A stretch of DNA of 64,000 nucleotides from Candidatus Latescibacterota bacterium (GTDB lineage Bacteria > Latescibacterota > UBA2968 > UBA8231), in assembly GCA_965206595.1 (NCBI GenBank), contig OZ242214.1, positions 4,864,001 to 4,928,000 on the forward strand, given 5' to 3'. Positions 1 through 10,717 of the stretch are shown here, in pieces; position 1 is the first letter of the stretch; each line of letters begins with the position of its first letter. The notes under the pieces are model-generated. The model was not told the origin of the DNA, ran no database searches, and worked only from the letters and a program-made list of their open reading frames with translations. Position numbers and translations under genes: made by a program.

Positions 1-1107
1 GTAGCGGCGGCGCAGCTGATCGATCCTGTCGGCCACGGCGTCGACCACCGCCTCCCTGCTCTTTCCCGACAGATCGATGCCGGCCACCCCGGCTGCGTAG
101 TAGTACTTGTCGCCTGCTGCCGGGGCGTTGTGGCGCATCACTCCGGGCAGCACCAGGGCGACCGCGGTGCCGTGCGGCACCGGTTTGCCCTTGGCGTGGG
201 ACACCTTCTCGATTCCGTACCCGAGGGCGTGGGCGGCCCCGGTGTTGATGGGGCTGAGCAGCAGTCCGGCAAGCAGGCTGCAGCGCGACATCTGGTAGCG
301 GACCCCCGGATCGGCGCTCCCGTTTTCGACCGCGGCGGTGAAGTTCGGCAGTCCTGCCCTGAGCGCCTCGCGGGCCACGGCGTCGCCGACGGGGTTGCTC
401 TTCAGCGACGCCGTGCACTCGAGGGCGTGGCCGACGGCGTCGAGGGCGGTGATGGCGGTGAGAACCGGCGGCAGGTCGCGCGTGAAGTGCGGGTCGACGA
501 TGGCGACGGCAGGCTGTATGTGATCGCTGTACACCGCCTGTTTCCCTTCCTCCGCGACGATGACGGAGACCCGGCTGGCCTCGGCGCCGGTGCCGGCCGT
601 GGTCGGCATCGCGATCAGCGGCCAGCGCGACGGCTCGGGGAACAGGTCGAAGCCGAAGTAGTCGGCGCAGGAGCCGCCGCTGGTGGCGGTGCAGGAGCCG
701 ACCTTGGCAGTATCGAGGGAACTGCCGCCCCCCAGGGCCGCGACAGCGTCGCAATCGGTGTTGCGCAGGGTTTCGGCGAAATCGTCGACGCTGGCCACCG
801 TCGGATTGGGAACCACCCGGTCGAACACCCCGGCGAGCTTGATCCCCTCGCGGTCGAGTATCCAGCGGACCGGTTCTTCGAGGTGCTCGACGGCGCCGTC
901 CCGGAGCAGCAGCAGCCGGCGCGCCTGCAGACGCCGGCATTCCCGGGCGAGAAGGTAGACGGCCCCCTCTCCCAGTATCACGCGACGGCTGTCGAACTTG
1001 AAGATCCGGGACAACCCGGCACGCTGCGCCGCGTCGGCGAAGAAACCGCTTTCCGCCAGCAGTTCTTCGTTTACCAGCAGTTCCTCGTTTACCTGAATCG
1101 GCTTCAT
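1..1107 (-). CDS. Iron-containing alcohol dehydrogenase family protein (3' end runs off the window)
   Basis: Not in the ORF track. Manual translation from ATG at 1107 gives MKPIQVNEELL...FDRVVPNPTVASVD...ALGGGSSLDTAK...PTTAGTGAEAS, the Fe-ADH GGGS and PTTAGTG motifs. Confidence 0.85.
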   Translation of the reverse strand, partial: MKPIQVNEELLVNEELLAESGFFADAAQRAGLSRIFKFDSRRVILGEGAVYLLARECRRLQARRLLLLRDGAVEHLEEPVRWILDREGIKLAGVFDRVVPNPTVASVDDFAETLRNTDCDAVAALGGGSSLDTAKVGSCTATSGGSCADYFGFDLFPEPSRWPLIAMPTTAGTGAEASRVSVIVAEEGKQAVYSDHIQPAVAIVDPHFTRDLPPVLTAITALDAVGHALECTASLKSNPVGDAVAREALRAGLPNFTAAVENGSADPGVRYQMSRCSLLAGLLLSPINTGAAHALGYGIEKVSHAKGKPVPHGTAVALVLPGVMRHNAPAAGDKYYYAAGVAGIDLSGKSREAVVDAVADRIDQLRRRY

Positions 1108-1265
1108 GCGGCCTCCGTTCGTCAGAAGAAATCGTGAAGGTAGGGGGGTTCCGGTGCCTGTCCAATCCGCGGAACGATTGCAATTCGGTTGAAGGGCGGG
1201 TGCCCTTTCCATAGCTTTTTCGGTCTCCCCAGAAAGCGCATCTGCGAATTCCAGGAGCAATCGAG

Positions 1266-2036
1266 ATGACAACCGCAACCGTGACTGATTCCGCGCGGCA
1301 GCAGTACGAAGCGGATGGCTACCTCTCCCCCATCGACCTGTTCGGGGCCGATGAAATCGCCGCCTACCGGAAGCAATTCGACGAGCTGGAGGGCCGCGAG
1401 GGCCAGGAGAAGTCCCAGATCGGCCTGCAAGCCCGGCACTTCGACCAGGAGTTCATCTGGAAGCTGGCCGCCGACCCCCGCGTCCTCGACTGGATGGAGG
1501 GGGTCATGGGCGAGGACCTGATGCTGCTGAGCACCCACTTCTTCTGCAAATACCCCGACGCGAAGGGGGAGAAGTTCGTCGCCTGGCACCAGGACGTAAC
1601 CTACTGGGGCCTCGAGCCGGACGAAGCCCACACCGCTTGGATCGCCATCGACGACAGCGACGTCGGGAACGGCTGCATGCAGGTGATTCCCGGCTCGCAT
1701 GCCCAGGGGATCGTCCCGCACGGCAAGGCGGACCGCAACGGCAACCTCCTCAGCATCAACCAGGAGATCCCCGACGAGTACGTCGACAAGACCAACGCCG
1801 TCAACCTCGAACTCCAGGCGGGCCAGATGTCCATCCACTACGGCAAAGTGTATCACGCCAGCCATCCCAACACCTCGAACCGGCGCCGCTGCGGCCTCAC
1901 GGTCCGCTTCATTCCCCCCGAAGCGCGCCAGACCGAGATCAACTCGCTGGGTAGCGACTGGAAGCCGATCCTGCTGCGCGGCGAGGACCGCTATCACCAC
2001 TATCTCGAAACGCCGCCCCCGTTCCCCGTCCCTTAG
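1266..2036 (+). CDS. Phytanoyl-CoA dioxygenase (PhyH) family Fe(II)/2OG oxygenase
   Basis: WHQD motif, NGCMQVIPGSH, distal His (YHAS), NRRR; GGAG RBS upstream. Confidence 0.9.
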   Translation: MTTATVTDSARQQYEADGYLSPIDLFGADEIAAYRKQFDELEGREGQEKSQIGLQARHFDQEFIWKLAADPRVLDWMEGVMGEDLMLLSTHFFCKYPDAKGEKFVAWHQDVTYWGLEPDEAHTAWIAIDDSDVGNGCMQVIPGSHAQGIVPHGKADRNGNLLSINQEIPDEYVDKTNAVNLELQAGQMSIHYGKVYHASHPNTSNRRRCGLTVRFIPPEARQTEINSLGSDWKPILLRGEDRYHHYLETPPPFPVP

Positions 2037-2181
2037 CAGCTGTCCTGTTTCACCACACCTCGCCGGGCCCTCGCCGGATCGCCTGCCTGTCCGCGTCGAG
2101 ACCGGCGCCGATGGCCCTGTCCCGCCTCCGCCGGGGCTCGATAGCTTTTCGAAACACTTTTTCCCGGGAGCCTTCCGCACC

Positions 2182-2853
2182 ATGGCCCAACACGACCGCA
2201 TGGCCGTGCTCAACGCGATCTTCGAGGTCGGCGTTGTTCCGGTCTTCTACCACGGCGACCTGAACACCGTCATCTCGACCATCGAAGCCTGCGCCGCAGG
2301 GGGCGCCCGCGTCGTGGAGTTCACCAACCGCGGCGACCAGGCCTACCGCGTCTTCGCCGATTCCGCCCGGCACGTCATCGACAACGAGGTCGACGTCATC
2401 CTCGGGGTCGGCTCGATCGTCGACGCTCCGACTGCGGCGCTCTACATCGCCAGCGGCGCCAACTTCGTCGTCGGGCCGCTGCTTAACACCGAGGTGGCCA
2501 GGCTCTGCAACCGCCGCAAGATCCCCTATTCGCCCGGCTGCGGCAGCGTCTCCGAGATCGCCGCCGCCGAAGAGCTCGGGGTGGAGATCGTCAAGGTCTT
2601 TCCCGGCGCCGAGGTGGGCGGGCCCGAGTTCGTCAAGTCCGTGCTCGGACCCTGCCCCTGGACCCGCGTCATGCCCACCGGCGGAGTCGATGTCACGCGC
2701 GCGAGCCTCGAGGCCTGGTTCGGCGCCGGGGTCGCCTGTGTCGGCGTCGGCTCGAAGCTGATCACGAAAGAGATCCAGGCCTCGGGTGATTTCGCCGGGC
2801 TCAGCGCGGAGGTGCGCCGGGTGGTTGAGCTGATCGCCGAGATACGCAGCTGA
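2182..2853 (+). CDS. eda: KDPG/KHG aldolase
   Basis: VVEFTNRG, GANFVVGP, VKVFPG, MPTGGV motifs; start moved to ATG 2182 (GGGAG upstream). Confidence 0.88.
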   Translation: MAQHDRMAVLNAIFEVGVVPVFYHGDLNTVISTIEACAAGGARVVEFTNRGDQAYRVFADSARHVIDNEVDVILGVGSIVDAPTAALYIASGANFVVGPLLNTEVARLCNRRKIPYSPGCGSVSEIAAAEELGVEIVKVFPGAEVGGPEFVKSVLGPCPWTRVMPTGGVDVTRASLEAWFGAGVACVGVGSKLITKEIQASGDFAGLSAEVRRVVELIAEIRS

Positions 2854-2973
2854 CCTCCTGGCCCGGTCGATGCCCGGCACCTCGGCCAGGAGGCTTCAAC
2901 CCGATCTCCCGCAAGCAATTGTCAAATCCGCACCAGCGATTAGTTTCTAGCACCAACAAGGAGGTGCGCCGCG

Positions 2974-3198
2974 ATGGGAAAAACGATTTTCTCTGGCGAA
3001 GTCTCAACCGCCCTTCAGGACATCGACAACAAGTACGAAGTCTGCAGGGCGATCTTCACCCGGGCCCGCGACATCAATTCGCGGGCGATGCAGACCGGTG
3101 AAGCCCTGCACAACGCCCCGGCCACCGCCCTCGGGGAGTACACCGACGGACGCATCGCCCCCCGGGTCGAAGAGGAAGTCGAGGAGCAAGCCGGGTAA
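2974..3198 (+). CDS. rpoZ: Probable RNA polymerase omega subunit-like protein
   Basis: 74 aa; IDNKYEVCRAIFTRARDIN resembles the omega NRY...KRARQI core; ALGEYTDGRI resembles the AL.E...GKI segment; strong AAGGAGG RBS. Confidence 0.55.
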   Translation: MGKTIFSGEVSTALQDIDNKYEVCRAIFTRARDINSRAMQTGEALHNAPATALGEYTDGRIAPRVEEEVEEQAG

Positions 3199-3210
3199 GA
3201 TACCGGACCG

Positions 3211-3253
3211 AAAAAAAGCAAGCCCCCCGGAGTGGATCTCCGGGGGGCTTTTT
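3211..3253. terminator. Bidirectional rho-independent terminator
   Basis: A-run, then AAGCCCCCCGGAG-TGGAT-CTCCGGGGGGCTT, then T-run, between the convergent rpoZ-like gene and ahcY. Confidence 0.85.
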
Positions 3254-3312
3254 CGTTCGAGCCAGTTCTTTACCGTGCCGGCCGGCCGCTGTGCCCGTCG
3301 GGCTGGCAAGCG

Positions 3313-4662
3313 CTAGTACTTGTAGTGATCCGGCTTGTAGGGGCCTTCGACCGGCACCCCGAGGTACTCCGCCTGACCCTCGCCGAGCCTGTCGAGCTCG
3401 ACCCCTAGCTTCTTCAGGTGAAGCTGGGCCACCTGCTCGTCGAGCCTCTTGGGCAGACGGTGGACGCCGATCTCGTACTCCCCGGTGAACAGCTCGATCT
3501 GCGCCAGCACCTGGTTGGTGAACGACATAGACATCACGAACGACGGATGCCCGGTGGCGCAGCCCAGGTTCACCAGGCGGCCTTCGGCAAGCAGGATGAT
3601 CGTGCGGCCGTCGGGAAAGGTATAGCGGTCGACCTGCGGTTTGATCTCGTCCTTGCGGATGCCGGGGTAGGCCTCGAGCCGGGCGACCTGAATCTCGACG
3701 TCGAAGTGACCGATGTTGCAGACGATGGCTCCGTCCTTCATCGCTTTCATGTGGTCGATGGTGATGAGGTCCTTGCACCCGGTCGTGGTAATGAAAATGT
3801 CCCCTTCCTCGACCGCCCGGTTCATCGGCATCACCTCGATCCCTTCCATCGCCGCCTGCAGCGCGCAGATCGGATCGACCTCGGTGACGATGACCCGCGA
3901 GCCGAACCCGCGCATCGATTGGGCGCACCCTTTCCCTACGTCCCCGTACCCGGCGACAACGGCGACCTTGCCGGCGGTCATGATGTCGGTGGCTCTTTTT
4001 ATGCCGTCGAGCAGCGACTCCCGGCAGCCGTAGAGGTTGTCGAACTTCGACTTGGTGACGCTATCGTTGACATTGACGGCCGGAATCTTCAGGGAGCCGG
4101 CGGCCAGCATGCGATGCAGATTGTGGACCCCCGTCGTCGTCTCTTCGGAGGTTCCCCGGATTTCCGGCAACAACTCGGGCCGTTCGTCGTGGACCCACCG
4201 GGTCAAATCCCCGCCGTCGTCGAGGATGAGGTTGGGGCCCTCTTCCGCCCAGTTCAGGGTCTGGTCCGTGCACCACCAGTATTCCTTCTCGCTCTCCCCT
4301 TTCCAGGCGAACACCGGGGTGCCTGTTTCGGCGACCGCGGCGGCGGCGTGGTCCTGGGTCGAGAAGATGTTGCAGGAAGCCCAGCGCACCTGAGCCCCGA
4401 GCGCCTGCAGGGTCTCTATGAGCACGGCCGTCTGGATCGTCATGTGCAGGGAGCCGGCTATGCGAGCCCCTTTGAGCGGCTGCCGCCGCCCGTACTCCTC
4501 GCGCAGCGCCATCAGCCCGGGCATCTCCTTCTCCGCCAGCTCGATCTCCTTGCGGCCCCAGCCGGCCAGCCCGATGTCGGCAACCTTGAAATCGCCCGCA
4601 TTGCCGTTGCCCGCAGCGCGCGCGCGATCCAGCTCGTCAATACGCGTGGGTGTGGTCGTCAC
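3313..4662 (-). CDS. ahcY: Adenosylhomocysteinase
   Basis: [61 protein letters not shown] and KPDHYKY signatures. Confidence 0.98.
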   Translation of the reverse strand: MTTTPTRIDELDRARAAGNGNAGDFKVADIGLAGWGRKEIELAEKEMPGLMALREEYGRRQPLKGARIAGSLHMTIQTAVLIETLQALGAQVRWASCNIFSTQDHAAAAVAETGTPVFAWKGESEKEYWWCTDQTLNWAEEGPNLILDDGGDLTRWVHDERPELLPEIRGTSEETTTGVHNLHRMLAAGSLKIPAVNVNDSVTKSKFDNLYGCRESLLDGIKRATDIMTAGKVAVVAGYGDVGKGCAQSMRGFGSRVIVTEVDPICALQAAMEGIEVMPMNRAVEEGDIFITTTGCKDLITIDHMKAMKDGAIVCNIGHFDVEIQVARLEAYPGIRKDEIKPQVDRYTFPDGRTIILLAEGRLVNLGCATGHPSFVMSMSFTNQVLAQIELFTGEYEIGVHRLPKRLDEQVAQLHLKKLGVELDRLGEGQAEYLGVPVEGPYKPDHYKY

Positions 4663-4863
4663 GTCTTTCTCCGAGGTGATGAGTTTCAGAAGGCTCGCGC
4701 CCGCAGTTCTTGACAGCTGCGCGGAGGCGCTCGCCAGGTTCCGTCAACAAAGATAGGGTGGGGGGCAACCCGGCGATTCGCGAGGACCGGGATAGATCCA
4801 GGCGTGAGGCACCTGGTTACGACGAAAACGCGCAGTACCGGGGCCTTCAGCATGGAATCCCCT

Positions 4864-6447
4864 TCAGAAGGCAGGCGCCGCTGCCCCCTCGATGGTCACG
4901 TCGAGCACCGATGGCAGGCCACTGGCGAGGGCGCGCTCGACCGCCGGCCCCAGCTCGCCGGGGTCCTCTACCCGCTCCCCGTACCCGCCCAAGGCCTCGG
5001 CGACGCGGTCGTACCGGGACGGCAGGAGTTCGCAGCCGATGGTGCGGCCGGGGCCGTACTGGCGGATCTGCAGTTGCACTTCGGCGTTCCAGCGGGCGTC
5101 ATTCCCGACGATGACGATCACGGGCAGGCCGTAGCGCACGCAGGTGTCGATCTCGAGGGCGTGGTAACCGAAGGTGCCGTCCCCCTGAAACACGAAAACA
5201 TCGCGGTCCGGGTAGCGGAGCTTGGCGGCCATCCCCAGCGGCAGAGAGCTGCCGATCGCACCGGAGGGGCCGTTTATCAGGCGCAGGTCCGCGGTGAGGC
5301 CTGCCTGCATCCACTGCCCGAACTCGCCGCCGTCGCTGACGAAGACGGCGTTCTCCTCCAGGAACGGCTGCAGCGTCTCGCAGACCGCCAGCGGATGCGT
5401 GGGCGCCGCGCCGCTCATGCGCTGGTCCAGCCATTCCAGGGGCGCGGCGCGGGCCGCCGTTACCTCCCGGCTCCACGGGCTTTGCGGCCACTGCCGCCCT
5501 TCCGCGGCCGCGGCGAGGAGGCGAACCGAGGCCGCGGGATCGCCGCGGTAACAGCACTCGAGGCGGCCGCCGTTGACGACCGCCCCCTCGGCATCGACCG
5601 ACAGAAAGCTCACCGAGTCGGAAAAGGCCGGGGGTTCGCCGAAGCGCAGGGAGAAGTCGAGCTGCTTGCCCACCAGCAGCACGAGGTCGGCCCTGGCGAG
5701 ACAGCTGTTGGCGCCGCGCAGCCAGGGATCGTCGACCCCGCGCGGACTCTCGCACGGCAGCGCGGGAATCCCGGAGACCGACTGCAGTTCCAGCACCCCG
5801 CTCCAGCCGCGGCCCCGCGACATGGCGGACCCGGCCAGGATCAGAGGACGGTCCGCGGCCTGCAGGCGATCGAGGATGTCTCCGGCATCGGCGTCGCTCA
5901 GCCGCGGACCGGCCGCCCCGGAGAACTGCGTCTGCGGGGCAGACTCAGGACCCGCTGCCTGCAGCAGGTCGACCGGAAGGCTGATGTGTACGGGACCGGG
6001 ACGGCCGCCTGCGGCGACCTTCAGAGCCCGGGCGACGACCTCTCCCAGGGGCTCGGCGCCGGTCGCTGTGTGCGACCACTTGGTCACCGGCGCCGCCACC
6101 GCGGCCTGGTCGATTTCCTGGAAGGCCCCTGTGCCGGCCTGCAAAACCGGGCTGCTGCCGCTAATCAGCACCAGGGGGGACTCCGCCTCCCGGGCGACGT
6201 ACAGTCCGGAGATGCCGTTGCAGTGCCCGGGGCCTGCGGTGAGCAGGGCGACCCCCGGTTCGCCGCAGAGTCGGCCCCATCCGTCGGCCATGTGCACCGC
6301 GGCTGCCTCGTGGCGGGTGTGGATCAACCGGATGTCGCTGCCGATGCAGGCGTCGAAGAGCGGCAGGTTCTGGTTGCCGGAGAGCGCGAAGAGATGGCGG
6401 ACTCCGGCCGCGGTCAGCGTCTCGACGACGCTCTCGGCCCCGGTCAT
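4864..6447 (-). CDS. Thiamine-pyrophosphate enzyme (acetolactate synthase-like / 2-hydroxyacyl-CoA lyase-like)
   Basis: RHEAAAVHMADG, TAGPG, GDGTFG...GNDARW TPP motif. Confidence 0.85.
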   Translation of the reverse strand: MTGAESVVETLTAAGVRHLFALSGNQNLPLFDACIGSDIRLIHTRHEAAAVHMADGWGRLCGEPGVALLTAGPGHCNGISGLYVAREAESPLVLISGSSPVLQAGTGAFQEIDQAAVAAPVTKWSHTATGAEPLGEVVARALKVAAGGRPGPVHISLPVDLLQAAGPESAPQTQFSGAAGPRLSDADAGDILDRLQAADRPLILAGSAMSRGRGWSGVLELQSVSGIPALPCESPRGVDDPWLRGANSCLARADLVLLVGKQLDFSLRFGEPPAFSDSVSFLSVDAEGAVVNGGRLECCYRGDPAASVRLLAAAAEGRQWPQSPWSREVTAARAAPLEWLDQRMSGAAPTHPLAVCETLQPFLEENAVFVSDGGEFGQWMQAGLTADLRLINGPSGAIGSSLPLGMAAKLRYPDRDVFVFQGDGTFGYHALEIDTCVRYGLPVIVIVGNDARWNAEVQLQIRQYGPGRTIGCELLPSRYDRVAEALGGYGERVEDPGELGPAVERALASGLPSVLDVTIEGAAAPAF

Positions 6448-6671
6448 CCCGCAGCGCGTGGCTGCCAGCGCGGCGCCGGGGGGGCAGCTTCTGCCAAGTG
6501 ATCGTCCCTGGATTCCAAACGGATTCCCGAGTCGGCTTCGGCGGCTGCGAGTCGGTCTGTATCGAGTTGAGCCATGATTGAGCCCGGCTATTTTAGCCGC
6601 ATAGGCCGGCGGGCAACACCCCGCCAGGAAATACCATCGCCCGAAGCCGCGGGCAGGACGAAAGGAACACA

Positions 6672-7655
6672 GTGACGGAAATCCGGACAGGTATCATCGG
6701 GACCGGGGGCATGGGAAGGCACCACGCGCATCAGATCTCGCAGCGAGACGACGCCTGCATAGTGGCGCTCTGCGACACCAATGGAGATTCGATGGCGCAA
6801 CTGCAGCGGTCCCTCGGCGGCGAGGTGGCACAGTTCCCGGACTGGAAACAGCTGCTCGCCGAAGGCGGTCTCGACGCCGTCGTCGTAGCCACCCCGCACA
6901 CGCAGCACGGAGAGCAGGTGCGGCAATGCCTGCAGGCCGGCCTGCACGTCCTGGTCGAGAAGCCGATGGCGACCACCGCGGCCGATGCACGCGGCATCCT
7001 CGACGCCGCCGAGGCCTCGGGCAAGGTGCTGGCCATCGCCTACCAGAGACACGGAGAGGGGCGCTTCATCCGCGCCCGCGAGCTGCTGCGGAGCGGCGCC
7101 ATCGGCGAGATACGCCTCGTCCACGTCGTCATCGCCCAGGACTGCCTGTCCGTCTTTCTGCCGGGCGCCTCGTGGCGGGCGGACCCGGCGCTTTCGGGCG
7201 GGGGCCATTTCATGGACACCGGCAGCCACATCAACGACATCCTGCTGTGGGCGACCGGCCTCGAGCCGAAGCGCGTCCAGGCCTTCATCAACCAGGAAGG
7301 CACCGATGTCGACGTGCTCACCGCGGTGACCGTCGAGTTCACCAACGGCGCCGTCGGCACCCTGGCCTACACCTCGCTCTCACCGGAGTGGCGTGAGGAG
7401 TTCACTTTCTACGGAACCGAAGGGGTGATGAGATTCGGCGCCGTTGAGCCGCTGATGATCCACAGGCGCGGGGAGGACATTCTGCTGCCGCGGCCGGCCG
7501 CCGGGGGCGCCTCGCCTGCCCACAACTTCATCGACGCGATCCAGGGCAGGGCGGAGGTGCAGGCGCCCGGAATCTGCGGACTGCGGGTGGCGCAGCTGAC
7601 CGAGGGGGTGTACGCCTCATGCGCCAGCGGCCGCCCCGCCGGGGTGGCCCAGTAG
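6672..7655 (+). CDS. Gfo/Idh/MocA family oxidoreductase
   Basis: GIIGTGGMG, HVLVEKPM, GGGHFMDTGSH. Confidence 0.9.
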   Translation: MTEIRTGIIGTGGMGRHHAHQISQRDDACIVALCDTNGDSMAQLQRSLGGEVAQFPDWKQLLAEGGLDAVVVATPHTQHGEQVRQCLQAGLHVLVEKPMATTAADARGILDAAEASGKVLAIAYQRHGEGRFIRARELLRSGAIGEIRLVHVVIAQDCLSVFLPGASWRADPALSGGGHFMDTGSHINDILLWATGLEPKRVQAFINQEGTDVDVLTAVTVEFTNGAVGTLAYTSLSPEWREEFTFYGTEGVMRFGAVEPLMIHRRGEDILLPRPAAGGASPAHNFIDAIQGRAEVQAPGICGLRVAQLTEGVYASCASGRPAGVAQ

Positions 7656-7665
7656 GAGGCCGCTG

Positions 7666-8646
7666 CTACAGCTGCTCCACCACCTGCAGCAACGCCTTCA
7701 TGTAGCCGACGGCATGGGCGCGGCCGCGGTGGTTCCAGGGCGAATCGCCGTCGGTTGCCGGCACGTGGTCGGGAATCATGAAACCGGTGAAGCCGACCTC
7801 CTTGAGGGTCTTTACCACTTCCAGGGTGTTGACGTTGCCGTCGCCGATGAAACACTCGTTGAAGCAGGGGATCTGCCCCTGCACGTCGCGGAAGTGGACG
7901 TAGACGATCTTCCCCTGGCCGCCGAAGTGGCGGATCGCCCTGATGACGTTGTCGTGGCCCCCCATCTCCGACCAGCAGCCCATGCAGAAATTGAGGCCGT
8001 GGTTGGGGCTGTCGAAGCGGTCCATGGCGCGGCGGAAGGCGTCGAAGCTGCCGAAGATCCGCGCGATACCGCCCAGCGAGGGGACCGGCGGATCGTCCGG
8101 ATGCAGGGCGAGGCGGACCCCGGCTTCCTCGGCGACCGGCAGGATGCGCTCGAGGTAGTACTGGTAATTCTCCCACATCTCATCGGCGGTGAACTCGCGC
8201 CCGTGGGTTGGCCCGGCATCCTCGTGGGCCGCCAGGTCGAAGCGGGTGCCCCTCGCCCCGCCCGAGAGCACCGCCGGATCCGGGGTGCGCCAGACCCCGT
8301 TGGGGACCCAGTGATACCCCAGCGTCGGGATGCCCGCCCTGCCGAGGTTGCGGATCGTCGACTGCATGTGGGCGATCTGCCCGTCGCCGCCCGGCAGCCC
8401 GAGCATCGCCTTGTCGTAGAAGGCAAACGGCACGTTCTCGATCGCCATCAGGCGAAGCCCGGCGCCGTCGGCGCGCTGTCTGAGCGCCGCGAGGTCCTCG
8501 TACTCCCACTGCTGTTCCCCGGGCAGCGAGGATCCGTTGACCATGTTCATCAGGAAATCGTCGACGCCGATCTGCTTGATGAAGGTGAGCATCTCGTCGG
8601 TAAGGGTGTTGAACTGCCCGAGTCCGACGCGCATGGGAAGGGTCAT
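7666..8646 (-). CDS. uxuA: Mannonate dehydratase family protein
   Basis: ILPVAEEAGVRLALHPDDPP, NHGLNFCMG, VHFRDV, IPDHVP. Confidence 0.85.
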   Translation of the reverse strand: MTLPMRVGLGQFNTLTDEMLTFIKQIGVDDFLMNMVNGSSLPGEQQWEYEDLAALRQRADGAGLRLMAIENVPFAFYDKAMLGLPGGDGQIAHMQSTIRNLGRAGIPTLGYHWVPNGVWRTPDPAVLSGGARGTRFDLAAHEDAGPTHGREFTADEMWENYQYYLERILPVAEEAGVRLALHPDDPPVPSLGGIARIFGSFDAFRRAMDRFDSPNHGLNFCMGCWSEMGGHDNVIRAIRHFGGQGKIVYVHFRDVQGQIPCFNECFIGDGNVNTLEVVKTLKEVGFTGFMIPDHVPATDGDSPWNHRGRAHAVGYMKALLQVVEQL

Positions 8647-8666
8647 GGTTTTCTCCGGCCTCGGGG

Positions 8667-9245
8667 TCAGTCTGACAACTCTATATACCCTGACAGATCC
8701 GAAATCGACTTTTCGATCTCTTGCTTTTCGAACCTTGGTTTCAAGTTTTCCACGAGTTCCATGACACGACTCTTTTCGACGCTCTCCTCCCTGCGTTGGA
8801 GATCCCGCACCACGTAGACAACCGTGGCACGCAACTCCAGGTACTTGGCGGGGAGATGGCCGAAATCCCCGACAATTCGGGAGATCGCGTCATTCGCCCC
8901 TTGCTCCTCCAGCAGACTGCTCGCTTTCTGGATCAAACCCTCCGCATTTTCTCCTGGCTCGAGATGAAACCCACCCGGTTCACTCACCACGCGATTAATT
9001 TTCACCCCCCCTAAGCCCTCAACCAGGTCAAGATCCTGCAACAGCTCGACTGAAAACGGACCGTACGTATAGAACCGGAACCGGTATCCAGCCTGGATGT
9101 TGGCCAGGGCCTGAAGCAGGTAAACGATCTTCTGCAGGACCGTCTTCCCAAGCTGTGGCGATCTCTGGTGCAGCCCCTTCACCACCGCAGAAATCAGTCC
9201 ATACCGCTCCCAAGGCACCTTGAATTTCAAGGGACTCTCTACCAT
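8667..9245 (-). CDS. YwgA / SocA-Panacea (DUF4065)-like helical protein
   Basis: GKTVLQKIVYLLQ...YRFRFYTYGPFSVEL and LELRATVVY motifs. Confidence 0.65.
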   Translation of the reverse strand: MVESPLKFKVPWERYGLISAVVKGLHQRSPQLGKTVLQKIVYLLQALANIQAGYRFRFYTYGPFSVELLQDLDLVEGLGGVKINRVVSEPGGFHLEPGENAEGLIQKASSLLEEQGANDAISRIVGDFGHLPAKYLELRATVVYVVRDLQRREESVEKSRVMELVENLKPRFEKQEIEKSISDLSGYIELSD

Positions 9246-9248
9246 CGG

Positions 9249-10527
9249 TCAGTTTCCTCCTTTCGCAAGACGCACCACTTGCTCGGCCGGTTCGCGAACC
9301 GACGGTCGAACGTAGACCCTGTGCCGGTTTACCGTCTTCATGCTGCCGACAATGGTCGAGAGCTGAGAGAGCGGCTTCACTCCGTCCTTTCCACTAATCA
9401 GGGGGTCACCCTCTTGCCGGTACAATGTGCTCTGCGCCTCATCCACGAATCCGACCATATCGCCAAGTTTACCTGTCAGCGTTTCAAAAAATTCGAGATC
9501 CTTCTCGGAAGGTACTTCCGGCGTTTCGAAGACATGCCGGAAATGCTTGCGCTCCAGCAATGCAGCCCCATGCTCTCCTCCTTCCCCTTCCTTATACCCG
9601 CCCCAGAACCCGCCAGTCATCCCAGGCGAGATACTCGGTGAGAGAATCTGCATCGTCGGCAGGTGGAAGCAACGTCGCTCGCCCGGCTTGCTTCGCATCG
9701 TTCTCGAGCACCTCCTGCGTGGCGATGACGCAGTGCTTGTCGTACGCCCTGCGTGTATGCTGAAAATAGACCTGCGTGAACATCATGTATCTCGCAATGA
9801 TGAATGACTCTGCAACGTGCCAACCACCTTCACCCATGGCGATCCGGGGTGAGTCCGTCTCCGGATCGATCGCCAGTTGAAGACACACCAGCATCCTTTG
9901 GAGGTCGTATCTCCCGTACTCCACTCCCGCATGATAGGAGTCCCGCAGCAGGTAGTCGGCACGATCGGCATCCAATTGCCCGGAGATGAGCTCTCGCCAC
10001 ACCAGTTCCTGGTGTCCGAGCCTGGTCTCTTCTGCCAGTAATGCGGTCACCTCGTCTGCGCGAATGCCGTATTTGGCAGTGTTTACCGGATTATCTTCGA
10101 TCACATCCCGAAGCAGGTGCTTCACCACGCCGACGGAGTACTCCTCGTGGGTCACTTCTCCTTCTTCTCCCTCCATCAACTCCTCCGCTGCGTGGGAAAA
10201 GGGGGCGTGCCCCACGTCGTGGACCAGTGCAGTTATCCGAATCAATGCATGTTGGCGGTCCAGCCCTGCATCCTCGTATCCCAACTCTTGCAGAAGATCC
10301 GGTGAGCGCACGCGGATCTCGCTGAACATCCTCGAAGCGACATGCATGACCCCGAGTGAATGTTCGAACCGGGTGTGCACGCTCCCGGGATAGACCATAT
10401 CGCTCAGGCCGAGCTGGCGGATTCGCCTCAGCCTTTGGAGTGCCGGATGGTTGAGGATATCCCGTTCCCACTTGCTGATGCCGATGAAGCCGTGGATCGG
10501 GTCGCGTATCTCGTGCAGAAGTTCCAT
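9249..10527 (-). CDS. SAMHD1/YwfO-like HD-domain dNTP triphosphohydrolase, split by a +1 frameshift near 9595-9604
   Basis: RDPIHG, QRLRRIRQLG, HTRFEHSLG, HDVGHAPFSH, LDADRADYLLRD, QVYFQH. Removing one G from CTGGGGCGGGTATAAG joins ORF 9592-10527 to the frame of ORF 9249-9698. Confidence 0.85.
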
Positions 10528-10717
10528 TCAGTCAGTTCATGGTCGGGTTGTTGGCAAGTTCAAAGACCAGTACTACCCTCGCAAGGATTTTGTGGCCCCA
10601 AGTGATCTCACAGGGTTGGAAGGAGACACCCCCCTCGGCAGTCCATCGAGACACCCCGCCCAAAAGTCCCAGGACAACCGCCAGAGCAGGCAGCAAACAG
10701 CTGTTCCTGCCGGGCCT

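Noticed and set aside
130-1137. 335-aa plus-strand ORF and the many other long antisense ORFs (e.g. 3418-4713, 4804-6501, 19448-21352, 47416-49047)
   Set aside because: Shadow frames of high-GC genes on the other strand or frame; no family motifs.
4663-4800. SAH or SAM riboswitch upstream of ahcY
   Set aside because: A TTGACGG...CTGTCAA hairpin is possible, but I could not match the SAH riboswitch core (GAGGAGCG...CAGGCUC); needs an Rfam/Infernal scan.
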